Below are positions 43,728-58,476 of a stretch of DNA of 64,000 nucleotides, piece by piece. Source of the stretch: Auanema rhodensis (Eukaryota; Animalia; Nematoda); assembly GCA_964057225.1 (NCBI GenBank), contig OZ059895.1, forward strand, positions 10,044,001 to 10,108,000, in the 5' to 3' direction. Made by a program: the position numbers and the translations under genes. Position 1 is the stretch's first letter, and every line of letters begins with the position of its first letter. A model generated the notes under the pieces. That model made no database searches and was not told the DNA's origin. It saw only the letters and a list, made by a program, of their open reading frames with translations.

Positions 43728-45734
43728 TTTCAAATTTTTTTAACGATCATAACACGTTGAAAGTACGCCATACAGCTGATTTTCAATTTTATCTCTTCTG
43801 TAACAAATTTTTTCAATTTTTAAGCAGTCTTACTTAGATAGCTCAACCAAACGAGAGCAAATTATCTTCAATCTTATTTCTATATTGCAGTTATGAACCA
43901 GTAGGTAATGAACCTTCGTCTTGACTTCACTGTTTTTATCTTTTTCCTATCGAAACTAACATTGTTTAAACACTATGCAACTGTGAAACCTTTTTTAATT
44001 TATTGTATTTGGAGCTCATAAGATTTGATATCATCGAGGGATCCTGATGGAACGTGGAAAATTACATAACTAACATGAGATTGCAAAAAATCTAAAACGA
44101 GGATAAGTATGTTAACTATTGAATGTCAGATAATTTCGCTTACGACCATACCACGTTAAAAGTACGCCACACAGCTGATTTTTAATTTTATCTCCGTAAC
44201 AAATGTTTTCAATTTTCAAGCATTTTAACTTAGATAGCTCAACCAAAGGAAAGCAAATTATCTTCAATCTTGTTTCTATATTACAGTTATAAACCAGTAG
44301 TTATTGAACCTTCGTCTAGACTTTAGTGTTTTTATCTATTTCCTATCAAAACAAACATTGTTTAAACACTATACAACTATGAAAACTTTTTTAATTTATT
44401 GTATTTGGAGCTCATAAGATTTGATATCATCGAGGGATCCTGATGGAACGTGGAAAATTACATAACTAACATAAAATTTGAAAAAAAACTAAAACGAGGA
44501 TAAGTAGGGAAACCATTGAATATCAGATATTTTCGCTTACGACCATACCACGTTGAAAGTACGCCATACAGCTGATTTTTAATTTTATCTCTTCCGTAAC
44601 AAATGTTTTCAATTTTCAAGCATTTTTACTTAGATAGCTCAACCAAAGGAGAGCAAATTATCTTCAATCTTATTTCTATATTACAGTTATAAACCAGTAG
44701 TTATTAAACCTTCATCTTAACTTTACTGTTTCTATCTATTTCCTATCGAAACAAACATTGTTCAAACACTATGCAACTTTGAAACCCTTTTTAATTTATT
44801 GTTTTTGGAGCTCATAAGATTTGATATCATCGAGGGATCCTGTCGGAACGTGGAAAATTACATAACTAACATTAAATTGGAAAAAAAACTAAAACGAGGA
44901 TAAGTATGTTAACCATTGACAATCAGATATTTTCGCTTACGACCATACCACGTCAAAAGTACGCCATACAGCTGATTTTTAATTTTATCTCTTCCGTAAC
45001 AAATGTTTTCAATTTTCAAGTATTTTAACTTAGATAGCTCAACCAAACGAGAGCAAATTATCTTCAATCTTATTTCTATATTGCAGTTATAAACCAGTAG
45101 GTAATGAACCTTCGTCTTGACTTCACTGTTTTTATCTTTTTCCTATCGAAACAAACATTGTTTAAACACTATGCAACTGTGAAACCTTTTTTAATTTATT
45201 GTATTTGGAGCTCATAAGATTTGATATTATCGAGGGATCCTGAAGGAACGTGGAAAATTACATAACTAACATAAAATTTGAAAAAAAACTATAACGAGGA
45301 TAAGTATGTTAACCATTGACAATCAGATATTTTCGCTTACGACCATACTACGTTAAAAGTACGCCATACAGCTGATTTTTAATTTTATCTCTTCCGTAAC
45401 AAATGTTTTCAATTTTCAAGTATTTTAACTTAGATAGCTCAACCAAACGAGAGCAAATTATCTTCAATCTTATTTCTATATTGCAGTTATAAATCAGTAG
45501 GTAATGAACCTTCGTCTTGACTTCACTGTTTTTATCTTTTTCCTATCGAAACAAACATTGTTTAAACACTATGCAACTGTGAAACCTTTTTTGATTTATT
45601 GTATTTCGAGCTCATAAGATTTGATATTATCGAGGGATCCTGAAGGAACGTGGAAAATTACATAACTAACATGAAATTTGAAAAAAAACTATAACGAGGA
45701 TAAGTAGGTAAACCATTGAATATCAGATATTTTC

Positions 45735-45853
45735 GTTTACGACCATACCACGTTGAAAGTACGCCATCCCGTCCGATCTGGCAAGTCAAGCAACGTTGGG
45801 CCCGGTTAGTACTTGGATCGGAGACGGCTTGGGAATCCCGGGTGCCGTAAGCT
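45735..45853 (+). rRNA. 5S: 5S rRNA gene (C2T)
   Basis: Full-length 5S plus terminator. Confidence 0.93.
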
Positions 45854-46663
45854 TTTCAAATTTTTTTAACGATCATAACACGTTGAAAGTACGCCATACA
45901 GCTGAATTTCAATTTTATCTCTTCTGTAACAAATTTTTTCAATTTTTAAGCAGTTTTACTTGGATAGCTCAACCGAAGCAGAGCAAAATATCTACAATCT
46001 TATTTCTATATTACAGTTATAAACCAGTAGTTATTGAACCTTCATCTTAACTTTACTGTTTCTATCTATTTCCTATCAAAACAAACATTGTTTAAACACT
46101 ATGCAACTTTGAAACCCTTTTTAATTTATTGTTTTTGGAGCTCATAAGATTTGATATCATCGAGGGATCCTAATGGAACGTGGAAAATTACATAACTAAC
46201 ATTAAATTGGAAAAAAACTAAAACGAGGATAAGTATGTTAACCATTGAATATCAGATATTTTCGCTTACGACCATACCACGTTAAAAGTACGCAATACAG
46301 CTGATTTTTAATTTTATCTCTTCCGTAACAAATGTTTTCAATTTTCAAGCATTTTAACTTAGATAGCTCAACCAAACGAGAGCAAATTATCTTCAATCTT
46401 ATTTCTATATTGCAGTTATAAACCAGTAGTAAATGAACCTTCGTCTTGACTTCACTGTTTTTATCTTTTTCCTATCGAAACAAACATTGTTTAAACACTA
46501 TGCAACTGTGAAACCTTTTTTAATTTATTGTATTTGGAGCTCATAAGATTTGATATCATCGAGGGATCCTGAAGGAACGTGGAAAATTACATAACTAACA
46601 TAAAATTTGAAAAAAAACTATAACGAGGATAAGTAGGTAAACCATTGAATATCAGATATTTTC

Positions 46664-46782
46664 GCTTACGACCATACCACGTTGAAAGTACGCCATCCCG
46701 TCCGATCTGGCAAGTCAAGCAACGTTGGGCCCGGTTAGTACTTGGATCGGAGACGGCTTGGGAATCCCGGGTGCCGTAAGCT
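46664..46782 (+). rRNA. 5S: 5S rRNA gene (consensus)
   Basis: Full-length 5S plus terminator. Confidence 0.95.
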
Positions 46783-48789
46783 TTTCAAATTTTTTTAACG
46801 ATCATAACACGTTGAAAGTACGCCATACAGCTGATTTTCAATTTTATCTCTTCTGTAACAAATTTTTTCAATTTTTAAGCAGTCTTACTTAGATAGCTCA
46901 ACCAAACGAGAGCAAATTATCTTCAATCTTATTTCTATATTGCAGTTATGAACCAGTAGGTAATGAACCTTCGTCTTGACTTCACTGTTTTTATCTTTTT
47001 CCTATCGAAACTAACATTGTTTAAACACTATGCAACTGTGAAACCTTTTTTAATTTATTGTATTTGGAGCTCATAAGATTTGATATCATCGAGGGATCCT
47101 GATGGAACGTGGAAAATTACATAACTAACATGAGATTGCAAAAAATCTAAAACGAGGATAAGTATGTTAACTATTGAATGTCAGATAATTTCGCTTACGA
47201 CCATACCACGTTAAAAGTACGCCACACAGCTGATTTTTAATTTTATCTCCGTAACAAATGTTTTCAATTTTCAAGCATTTTAACTTAGATAGCTCAACCA
47301 AAGGAAAGCAAATTATCTTCAATCTTGTTTCTATATTACAGTTATAAACCAGTAGTTATTGAACCTTCGTCTAGACTTTAGTGTTTTTATCTATTTCCTA
47401 TCAAAACAAACATTGTTTAAACACTATACAACTATGAAAACTTTTTTAATTTATTGTATTTGGAGCTCATAAGATTTGATATCATCGAGGGATCCTGATG
47501 GAACGTGGAAAATTACATAACTAACATAAAATTTGAAAAAAAACTAAAACGAGGATAAGTAGGTAAACCATTGAATATCAGATATTTTCGCTTACGACCA
47601 TACCACGTTGAAAGTACGCCATACAGCTGATTTTTAATTTTATCTCTTCCGTAACAAATGTTTTCAATTTTCAAGCATTTTTACTTAGATAGCTCAACCA
47701 AAGGAGAGCAAATTATCTTCAATCTTATTTCTATATTACAGTTATAAACCAGTAGTTATTAAACCTTCATCTTAACTTTACTGTTTCTATCTATTTCCTA
47801 TCGAAACAAACATTGTTCAAACACTATGCAACTTTGAAACCCTTTTTAATTTATTGTTTTTGGAGCTCATAAGATTTGATATCATCGAGGGATCCTGTCG
47901 GAACGTGGAAAATTACATAACTAACATTAAATTGGAAAAAAAACTAAAACGAGGATAAGTATGTTAACCATTGACAATCAGATATTTTCGCTTACGACCA
48001 TACCACGTCAAAAGTACGCCATACAGCTGATTTTTAATTTTATCTCTTCCGTAACAAATGTTTTCAATTTTCAAGTATTTTAACTTAGATAGCTCAACCA
48101 AACGAGAGCAAATTATCTTCAATCTTATTTCTATATTGCAGTTATAAACCAGTAGGTAATGAACCTTCGTCTTGACTTCACTGTTTTTATCTTTTTCCTA
48201 TCGAAACAAACATTGTTTAAACACTATGCAACTGTGAAACCTTTTTTAATTTATTGTATTTGGAGCTCATAAGATTTGATATTATCGAGGGATCCTGAAG
48301 GAACGTGGAAAATTACATAACTAACATAAAATTTGAAAAAAAACTATAACGAGGATGAGTATGTTAACCATTGACAATCAGATATTTTCGCTTACGACCA
48401 TACTACGTTAAAAGTACGCCATACAGCTGATTTTTAATTTTATCTCTTCCGTAACAAATGTTTTCAATTTTCAAGTATTTTAACTTAGATAGCTCAACCA
48501 AACGAGAGCAAATTATCTTCAATCTTATTTCTATATTGCAGTTATAAATCAGTAGGTAATGAACCTTCGTCTTGACTTCACTGTTTTTATCTTTTTCCTA
48601 TCGAAACAAACATTGTTTAAACACTATGCAACTGTGAAACCTTTTTTGATTTATTGTATTTGGAGCTCATAAGATTTGATATTATCGAGGGATCCTGAAG
48701 GAACGTGGAAAATTACATAACTAACATAAAATTTGAAAAAAAACTATAACGAGGATAAGTAGGTAAACCATTGAATATCAGATATTTTC

Positions 48790-48908
48790 GTTTACGACCA
48801 TACCACGTTGAAAGTACGCCATCCCGTCCGATCTGGCAAGTCAAGCAACGTTGGGCCCGGTTAGTACTTGGATCGGAGACGGCTTGGGAATCCCGGGTGC
48901 CGTAAGCA
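48790..48908 (+). rRNA. 5S: 5S rRNA gene (C2T, T119A; first terminator reduced to T3)
   Basis: Ends CCGTAAGCATTTCAAATTTTTTT. Confidence 0.9.
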
Positions 48909-50119
48909 TTTCAAATTTTTTTAACGATCATAACACGTTGAAAGTACGCCATACAGCTGAATTTCAATTTTATCTCTTCTGTAACAAATTTTTTCAATTT
49001 TTAAGCAGTTTTACTTGGATAGCTCAACCGAAGCAGAGCAAAATATCTACAATCTTATTTCTATATTACAGTTATAAACCAGTAGTTATTGAACCTTCAT
49101 CTTAACTTTACTGTTTCTATCTATTTCCTATCGAAACAAACATTGTTTAAACACTATGCAACTGTGAAACCTCTTCAATTTATTGCATTTGGAGCTCATA
49201 AGATTTGATATCATCGAGGGATCCTGATGGAACGTGGAAAATTACATAACTAACATGAAATTGGAAAAAAAACTAAAACGAGGATAAGTATGTTAACCAT
49301 TGAATATCAGATATTTTCGCTTACTTCCATACTACGTTAAACGTACGCCATACAGCTGATTTTTAATTTTATCTCTTCCGTAACAAATGTTTTCAATTTT
49401 CAAGCATTTTTACTTAGATAGCTCAACCAAAGGAGAGCAAATTATCTTCATTCTTATTTCTATATTACAGTTATAAACCAGTAGTTATTGAACCTTCATC
49501 TTAACTTTACTGTTTCTATCTATTTCCTATCGAAACAAACATTGTTTAAACACTATGCAACTTTGAAACCCTTTTTAATTTATTGTTTTTGGAGCTCATA
49601 AGATTTGATATCATCGAGGGATCCTGATGGAACGTGGAAAATTACATAACTAACATTAAATTGGAAAAAAAACTGAAACAAGGATAAGTATGTTAACCAT
49701 TGAATATCAGATATTTTCGCTTACGACCATACCTTGTTAAAAGTACGCCATACGGCTGATTTTTAATTTTATCTCTTCCGTAACAAATGTTTTCAATTTT
49801 CAAGCATTTTAACTTAGATAGCTCAACCAAACGAGAGCAAATTATCTTCAATCTTATTTCTATATTGCAGTTATGAACCAGTAGGTAATGAACCTTCGTC
49901 TTGACTTCACTGTTTTTATCTTTTTCCTATCGAAACTAACATTGTTTAAACACTATGCAACTGTGAAACCTTTTTTAATTTATTGTATTTGGAGCTCATA
50001 AGATTTGATATCATCGAGGGATCCTGATGGAACGTGGAAAATTACATAACTAACATAAAATTTGAAAAAAAAACTATAACGAGGATAAGTAGGTAAACCA
50101 TTGAATATCAGATATTTTC

Positions 50120-50238
50120 GCTTACGACCATACCACGTTGAAAGTACGCCATCCCGTCCGATCTGGCAAGTCAAGCAACGTTGGGCCCGGTTAGTACTTG
50201 GATCGGAGACGGCTTGGGAATCCCGGGTGCCGTAAGCT
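50120..50238 (+). rRNA. 5S: 5S rRNA gene (consensus)
   Basis: Full-length 5S plus terminator. Confidence 0.95.
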
Positions 50239-51447
50239 TTTCAAATTTTTTTAACGATCATAACACGTTGAAAGTACGCCATACAGCTGATTTTCAATTT
50301 TATCTCTTCTGTAACAAATTTTTTCAATTTTTAAGCAGTTTTACTTGGATAGCTCAACCGAAGCAGAGCAAAATATCTACAATCTTATTTCTATATTACA
50401 GTTATAAACCAGTAGTTATTGAACCTTCATCTTAACTTTACTGTTTCTATCTATTTCCTATCGAAACAAACATTGTTTAAACACTATGCAACTGTGAAAC
50501 CTCTTCAATTTATTGCATTTGGAGCTCATAAGATTTGATATCATCGAGGGATCCTGATGGAACGTGGAAAATTACATAACTAACATGAAATTGGAAAAAA
50601 AACTAAAACGAGGATAAGTATGTTAACCATTGAATATCAGATATTTTCGCTTACGACCATACTACGTTAAACGTACGCCATACAGCTGATTTTTAATTTT
50701 ATCTCTTCCGTAACAAATGTTTTCAATTTTCAAGCCTTTTTACTTAGATAGCTCAACCAAAGGAGAGCAAATTATCTTCATTCTTATTTCTATATTACAG
50801 TTATAAACCAGTAGTTATTGAACCTTCATCTTAACTTTACTGTTTCTATCTATTTCCTATCGAAACAAACATTGTTTAAACACTATGCAACTTTGAAACC
50901 CTTTTTAATTTATTGTTTTTGGAGCTCATAAGATTTGATATCATCGAGGGATCCTGATGGAACGTGGAAAATTACATAACTAACATTAAATTGGAAAAAA
51001 AACTGAAACGAGGATAAGTATGTTAACCATTGAATATCAGATATTTTCGCTTACGACCATACCACGTTAAAAGTACGCCATACAGCTGATTTTTAATTTT
51101 ATCTCTTCCGTAACAAATGTTTTCAATTTTCAAGCATTTTAACTTAGATAGCTCAACCAAACGAGAGCAAATTATCTTCAATCTTATTTCTATATTGCAG
51201 TTATGAACCAGTAGGTAATGAACCTTCGTCTTGACTTCACTGTTTTTATCTTTTTCCTATCGAAACTAACATTGTTTAAACACTATGCAACTGTGAAACC
51301 TTTTTTAATTTATTGTATTTGGAGCTCATAAGATTTGATATCATCGAGGGATCCTGATGGAACGTGGAAAATTACATAACTAACATGAGATTGCAAAAAA
51401 ACTAAAACGAGGATAAGTATGTTAACTATTGAATATCAGATATTTTC

Positions 51448-51566
51448 GCTTATGACCATACCACGTTGAAAGTACGCCATCCCGTCCGATCTGGCAAGTC
51501 AAGCAACGTTGGGCCCGGTTAGTACTTGGATCGGAGACGGCTTGGGAATCCCGGGTGCCGTAAGCT
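51448..51566 (+). rRNA. 5S: 5S rRNA gene (C6T)
   Basis: Full-length; satellite-type upstream flank. Confidence 0.93.
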
Positions 51567-53972
51567 TTTCAAATTTTTTTAACGATCATAACACGTTGAA
51601 AGTACGCCATACAGCTGATTTTCAATTTTATCTCTTCTGTAACAAATTTTTTCAATTTTTAAGCAGTTTTACTTGGATAGCTCAACCGAAGCAGAGCAAA
51701 ATATCTACAATCTTATTTCTATATTACAGTTATAAACCAGTAGTTATTGAACCTTCATCTTAACTTTACTGTTTCTATCTATTTCCTATCGAAACAAACA
51801 TTGTTTAAACACTATGCAACTGTGAAACCTCTTCAATTTATTGCATTTGGAGCTCATAAGATTTGATATCATCGAGGGATCCTGATGGAACGTGGAAAAT
51901 TACATAACTAACATGAAATTGGAAAAAAAACTAAAACGAGGATAAGTATGTTAACCATTGAATATCAGATATTTTCGCTTACGACCATACTACGTTAAAC
52001 GTACGCCATACAGCTGATTTTTAATTTTATCTCTTCCGTAACAAATGTTTTCAATTTTCAAGCATTTTTACTTAGATAGCTCAACCAAACGAGAGCAAAT
52101 TATCTTCAATCTTATTTCTATATTGCAGTTATGAACCAGTAGGTAATGAACCTTCGTCTTGACTTCACTGTTTTTATCTTTTTCCTATCGAAACTAACAT
52201 TGTTTAAACACTATGCAACTGTGAAACCTTTTTTAATTTATTGTATTTGGAGCTCATAAGATTTGATATCATCGAGGGATCCTGATGGAACGTGGAAAAT
52301 TACATAACTAACATGAGATTGCAAAAAAACTAAAACGAGGATAAGTATGTTAACTATTGAATGTCAGATATTTTCGCTTACGACCATACCACGTTAAAAG
52401 TACGCCACACAGCTGATTTTTAATTTTATCTCCGTAACAAATGTTTTCAATTTTCAAGCATTTTAACTTAGATAGCTCAACCAAAGGAAAGCAAATTATC
52501 TTCAATCTTATTTCTATATTACAGTTATAAACCAGTAGTTATTGAACCTTCGTCTAGACTTTAGTGTTTTTATCTATTTCCTATCAAAACAAACATTGTT
52601 TAAACACTATACAACTATGAAAACTTTTTTAATTTATTGTATTTGGAGCTCATAAGATTTGATATCATCGAGGGATCCTGATGGAACGTGGAAAATTACA
52701 TAACTAACATAAAATTTGAAAAAAAACTAAAACGAGGATAAGTAGGTAAACCATTGAATATCAGATATTTTCGCTTACGACCATACCACGTTGAAAGTAC
52801 GCCATACAGCTGATTTTTAATTTTATCTCTTCCGTAACAAATGTTTTCAATTTTCAAGCATTTTTACTTAGATAGCTCAACCAAAGGAGAGCAAATTATC
52901 TTCAATCTTATTTCTATATTACAGTTATAAACCAGTAGTTATTAAACCTTCATCTTAACTTTACTGTTTCTATCTATTTCCTATCGAAACAAACATTGTT
53001 TAAACACTATGCAACTTTGAAACCCTTTTTAATTTATTGTTTTTGGAGCTCATAAGATTTGATATCATTGAGGGATCCTGTCGGAACGTGGAAAATTACA
53101 TAACTAACATGAAATTGGAAAAAAAACTAAAACGAGGATAAGTATGTTAACCATTGAATATCAGATATTTTCGCTTACGACCATACTACGTTAAACGTAC
53201 GCCATACAGCTGATTTTTAATTTTATCTCTTCCGTAACAAATGTTTTCAATTTTCAAGCATTTTTACTTAGATAGCTCAACCAAACGAGAGCAAATTATC
53301 TTCAATCTTATTTCTATATTGCAGTTATGAACCAGTAGGTAATGAACCTTCGTCTTGACTTCACTGTTTTTATCTTTTTCCTATCGAAACTAACATTGTT
53401 TAAACACTATGCAACTGTGAAACCTTTTTTAATTTATTGTATTTGGAGCTCATAAGATTTGATATTATCGAGGGATCCTGAAGGAACGTGGAAAATTACA
53501 TAACTAACATAAAATTTGAAAAAAAACTATAACGAGGATAAGTATGTTAACCATTGACAATCAGATATTTTCGCTTACGACCATACTACGTTAAAAGTAC
53601 GCCATACAGCTGATTTTTAATTTTATCTCTTCCGTAACAAATGTTTTCAATTTTCAAGTATTTTAACTTAGATAGCTCAACCAAACGAGAGCAAATTATC
53701 TTCAATCTTATTTCTATATTGCAGTTATAAATCAGTAGGTAATGAACCTTCGTCTTGACTTCACTGTTTTTATCTTTTTCCTATCGAAACAAACATTGTT
53801 TAAACACTATGCAACTGTGAAACCTTTTTTGATTTATTGTATTTCGAGCTCATAAGATTTGATATTATCGAGGGATCCTGAAGGAACGTGGAAAATTACA
53901 TAACTAACATGAAATTTGAAAAAAAACTATAACGAGGATAAGTAGGTAAACCATTGAATATCAGATATTTTC

Positions 53973-54091
53973 GTTTACGACCATACCACGTTGAAAGTAC
54001 GCCATCCCGTCCGATCTGGCAAGTCAAGCAACGTTGGGCCCGGTTAGTACTTGGATCGGAGACGGCTTGGGAATCCCGGGTGCCGTAAGCT
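53973..54091 (+). rRNA. 5S: 5S rRNA gene (C2T)
   Basis: Full-length 5S plus terminator. Confidence 0.93.
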
Positions 54092-54901
54092 TTTCAAATT
54101 TTTTTAACGATCATAACACGTTGAAAGTACGCCATACAGCTGAATTTCAATTTTATCTCTTCTGTAACAAATTTTTTCAATTTTTAAGCAGTTTTACTTG
54201 GATAGCTCAACCGAAGCAGAGCAAAATATCTACAATCTTATTTCTATATTACAGTTATAAACCAGTAGTTATTGAACCTTCATCTTAACTTTACTGTTTC
54301 TATCTATTTCCTATCAAAACAAACATTGTTTAAACACTATGCAACTTTGAAACCCTTTTTAATTTATTGTTTTTGGAGCTCATAAGATTTGATATCATCG
54401 AGGGATCCTAATGGAACGTGGAAAATTACATAACTAACATTAAATTGGAAAAAAACTAAAACGAGGATAAGTATGTTAACCATTGAATATCAGATATTTT
54501 CGCTTACGACCATACCACGTTAAAAGTACGCAATACAGCTGATTTTTAATTTTATCTCTTCCGTAACAAATGTTTTCAATTTTCAAGCATTTTAACTTAG
54601 ATAGCTCAACCAAACGAGAGCAAATTATCTTCAATCTTATTTCTATATTGCAGTTATAAACCAGTAGTAAATGAACCTTCGTCTTGACTTCACTGTTTTT
54701 ATCTTTTTCCTATCGAAACAAACATTGTTTAAACACTATGCAACTGTGAAACCTTTTTTAATTTATTGTATTTGGAGCTCATAAGATTTGATATCATCGA
54801 GGGATCCTGAAGGAACGTGGAAAATTACATAACTAACATAAAATTTGAAAAAAAACTATAACGAGGATAAGTAGGTAAACCATTGAATATCAGATATTTT
54901 C

Positions 54902-55020
54902 GCTTACGACCATACCACGTTGAAAGTACGCCATCCCGTCCGATCTGGCAAGTCAAGCAACGTTGGGCCCGGTTAGTACTTGGATCGGAGACGGCTTGGG
55001 AATCCCGGGTGCCGTAAGCT
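54902..55020 (+). rRNA. 5S: 5S rRNA gene (consensus)
   Basis: Full-length 5S plus terminator. Confidence 0.95.
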
Positions 55021-57027
55021 TTTCAAATTTTTTTAACGATCATAACACGTTGAAAGTACGCCATACAGCTGATTTTCAATTTTATCTCTTCTGTAACAAA
55101 TTTTTTCAATTTTTAAGCAGTCTTACTTAGATAGCTCAACCAAACGAGAGCAAATTATCTTCAATCTTATTTCTATATTGCAGTTATGAACCAGTAGGTA
55201 ATGAACCTTCGTCTTGACTTCACTGTTTTTATCTTTTTCCTATCGAAACTAACATTGTTTAAACACTATGCAACTGTGAAACCTTTTTTAATTTATTGTA
55301 TTTGGAGCTCATAAGATTTGATATCATCGAGGGATCCTGATGGAACGTGGAAAATTACATAACTAACATGAGATTGCAAAAAATCTAAAACGAGGATAAG
55401 TATGTTAACTATTGAATGTCAGATAATTTCGCTTACGACCATACCACGTTAAAAGTACGCCACACAGCTGATTTTTAATTTTATCTCCGTAACAAATGTT
55501 TTCAATTTTCAAGCATTTTAACTTAGATAGCTCAACCAAAGGAAAGCAAATTATCTTCAATCTTGTTTCTATATTACAGTTATAAACCAGTAGTTATTGA
55601 ACCTTCGTCTAGACTTTAGTGTTTTTATCTATTTCCTATCAAAACAAACATTGTTTAAACACTATACAACTATGAAAACTTTTTTAATTTATTGTATTTG
55701 GAGCTCATAAGATTTGATATCATCGAGGGATCCTGATGGAACGTGGAAAATTACATAACTAACATAAAATTTGAAAAAAAACTAAAACGAGGATAAGTAG
55801 GTAAACCATTGAATATCAGATATTTTCGCTTACGACCATACCACGTTGAAAGTACGCCATACAGCTGATTTTTAATTTTATCTCTTCCGTAACAAATGTT
55901 TTCAATTTTCAAGCATTTTTACTTAGATAGCTCAACCAAAGGAGAGCAAATTATCTTCAATCTTATTTCTATATTACAGTTATAAACCAGTAGTTATTAA
56001 ACCTTCATCTTAACTTTACTGTTTCTATCTATTTCCTATCGAAACAAACATTGTTCAAACACTATGCAACTTTGAAACCCTTTTTAATTTATTGTTTTTG
56101 GAGCTCATAAGATTTGATATCATCGAGGGATCCTGTCGGAACGTGGAAAATTACATAACTAACATTAAATTGGAAAAAAAACTAAAACGAGGATAAGTAT
56201 GTTAACCATTGACAATCAGATATTTTCGCTTACGACCATACCACGTCAAAAGTACGCCATACAGCTGATTTTTAATTTTATCTCTTCCGTAACAAATGTT
56301 TTCAATTTTCAAGTATTTTAACTTAGATAGCTCAACCAAACGAGAGCAAATTATCTTCAATCTTATTTCTATATTGCAGTTATAAACCAGTAGGTAATGA
56401 ACCTTCGTCTTGACTTCACTGTTTTTATCTTTTTCCTATCGAAACAAACATTGTTTAAACACTATGCAACTGTGAAACCTTTTTTAATTTATTGTATTTG
56501 GAGCTCATAAGATTTGATATTATCGAGGGATCCTGAAGGAACGTGGAAAATTACATAACTAACATAAAATTTGAAAAAAAACTATAACGAGGATGAGTAT
56601 GTTAACCATTGACAATCAGATATTTTCGCTTACGACCATACTACGTTAAAAGTACGCCATACAGCTGATTTTTAATTTTATCTCTTCCGTAACAAATGTT
56701 TTCAATTTTCAAGTATTTTAACTTAGATAGCTCAACCAAACGAGAGCAAATTATCTTCAATCTTATTTCTATATTGCAGTTATAAATCAGTAGGTAATGA
56801 ACCTTCGTCTTGACTTCACTGTTTTTATCTTTTTCCTATCGAAACAAACATTGTTTAAACACTATGCAACTGTGAAACCTTTTTTGATTTATTGTATTTG
56901 GAGCTCATAAGATTTGATATTATCGAGGGATCCTGAAGGAACGTGGAAAATTACATAACTAACATAAAATTTGAAAAAAAACTATAACGAGGATAAGTAG
57001 GTAAACCATTGAATATCAGATATTTTC

Positions 57028-57146
57028 GTTTACGACCATACCACGTTGAAAGTACGCCATCCCGTCCGATCTGGCAAGTCAAGCAACGTTGGGCCCGGTT
57101 AGTACTTGGATCGGAGACGGCTTGGGAATCCCGGGTGCCGTAAGCA
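57028..57146 (+). rRNA. 5S: 5S rRNA gene (C2T, T119A)
   Basis: Same variant as the 48790 copy, 8238 bp away. Confidence 0.9.
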
Positions 57147-58357
57147 TTTCAAATTTTTTTAACGATCATAACACGTTGAAAGTACGCCATACAGCTGAAT
57201 TTCAATTTTATCTCTTCTGTAACAAATTTTTTCAATTTTTAAGCAGTTTTACTTGGATAGCTCAACCGAAGCAGAGCAAAATATCTACAATCTTATTTCT
57301 ATATTACAGTTATAAACCAGTAGTTATTGAACCTTCATCTTAACTTTACTGTTTCTATCTATTTCCTATCGAAACAAACATTGTTTAAACACTATGCAAC
57401 TGTGAAACCTCTTCAATTTATTGCATTTGGAGCTCATAAGATTTGATATCATCGAGGGATCCTGATGGAACGTGGAAAATTACATAACTAACATGAAATT
57501 GGAAAAAAAACTAAAACGAGGATAAGTATGTTAACCATTGAATATCAGATATTTTCGCTTACTTCCATACTACGTTAAACGTACGCCATACAGCTGATTT
57601 TTAATTTTATCTCTTCCGTAACAAATGTTTTCAATTTTCAAGCATTTTTACTTAGATAGCTCAACCAAAGGAGAGCAAATTATCTTCATTCTTATTTCTA
57701 TATTACAGTTATAAACCAGTAGTTATTGAACCTTCATCTTAACTTTACTGTTTCTATCTATTTCCTATCGAAACAAACATTGTTTAAACACTATGCAACT
57801 TTGAAACCCTTTTTAATTTATTGTTTTTGGAGCTCATAAGATTTGATATCATCGAGGGATCCTGATGGAACGTGGAAAATTACATAACTAACATTAAATT
57901 GGAAAAAAAACTGAAACAAGGATAAGTATGTTAACCATTGAATATCAGATATTTTCGCTTACGACCATACCTTGTTAAAAGTACGCCATACAGCTGATTT
58001 TTAATTTTATCTCTTCCGTAACAAATGTTTTCAATTTTCAAGCATTTTAACTTAGATAGCTCAACCAAACGAGAGCAAATTATCTTCAATCTTATTTCTA
58101 TATTGCAGTTATGAACCAGTAGGTAATGAACCTTCGTCTTGACTTCACTGTTTTTATCTTTTTCCTATCGAAACTAACATTGTTTAAACACTATGCAACT
58201 GTGAAACCTTTTTTAATTTATTGTATTTGGAGCTCATAAGATTTGATATCATCGAGGGATCCTGATGGAACGTGGAAAATTACATAACTAACATAAAATT
58301 TGAAAAAAAAACTATAACGAGGATAAGTAGGTAAACCATTGAATATCAGATATTTTC

Positions 58358-58476
58358 GCTTACGACCATACCACGTTGAAAGTACGCCATCCCGTCCGAT
58401 CTGGCAAGTCAAGCAACGTTGGGCCCGGTTAGTACTTGGATCGGAGACGGCTTGGGAATCCCGGGTGCCGTAAGCT
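58358..58476 (+). rRNA. 5S: 5S rRNA gene (consensus)
   Basis: Full-length 5S plus terminator. Confidence 0.95.

Noticed and set aside
1960-58412. Repeated 64-95-aa minus-strand ORFs (MKIICSRL..., MTCQIGRD...)
   Set aside because: They are open only in the few monomers where a SNP removes a stop, mostly have non-ATG starts, and resemble no protein family I recognise.
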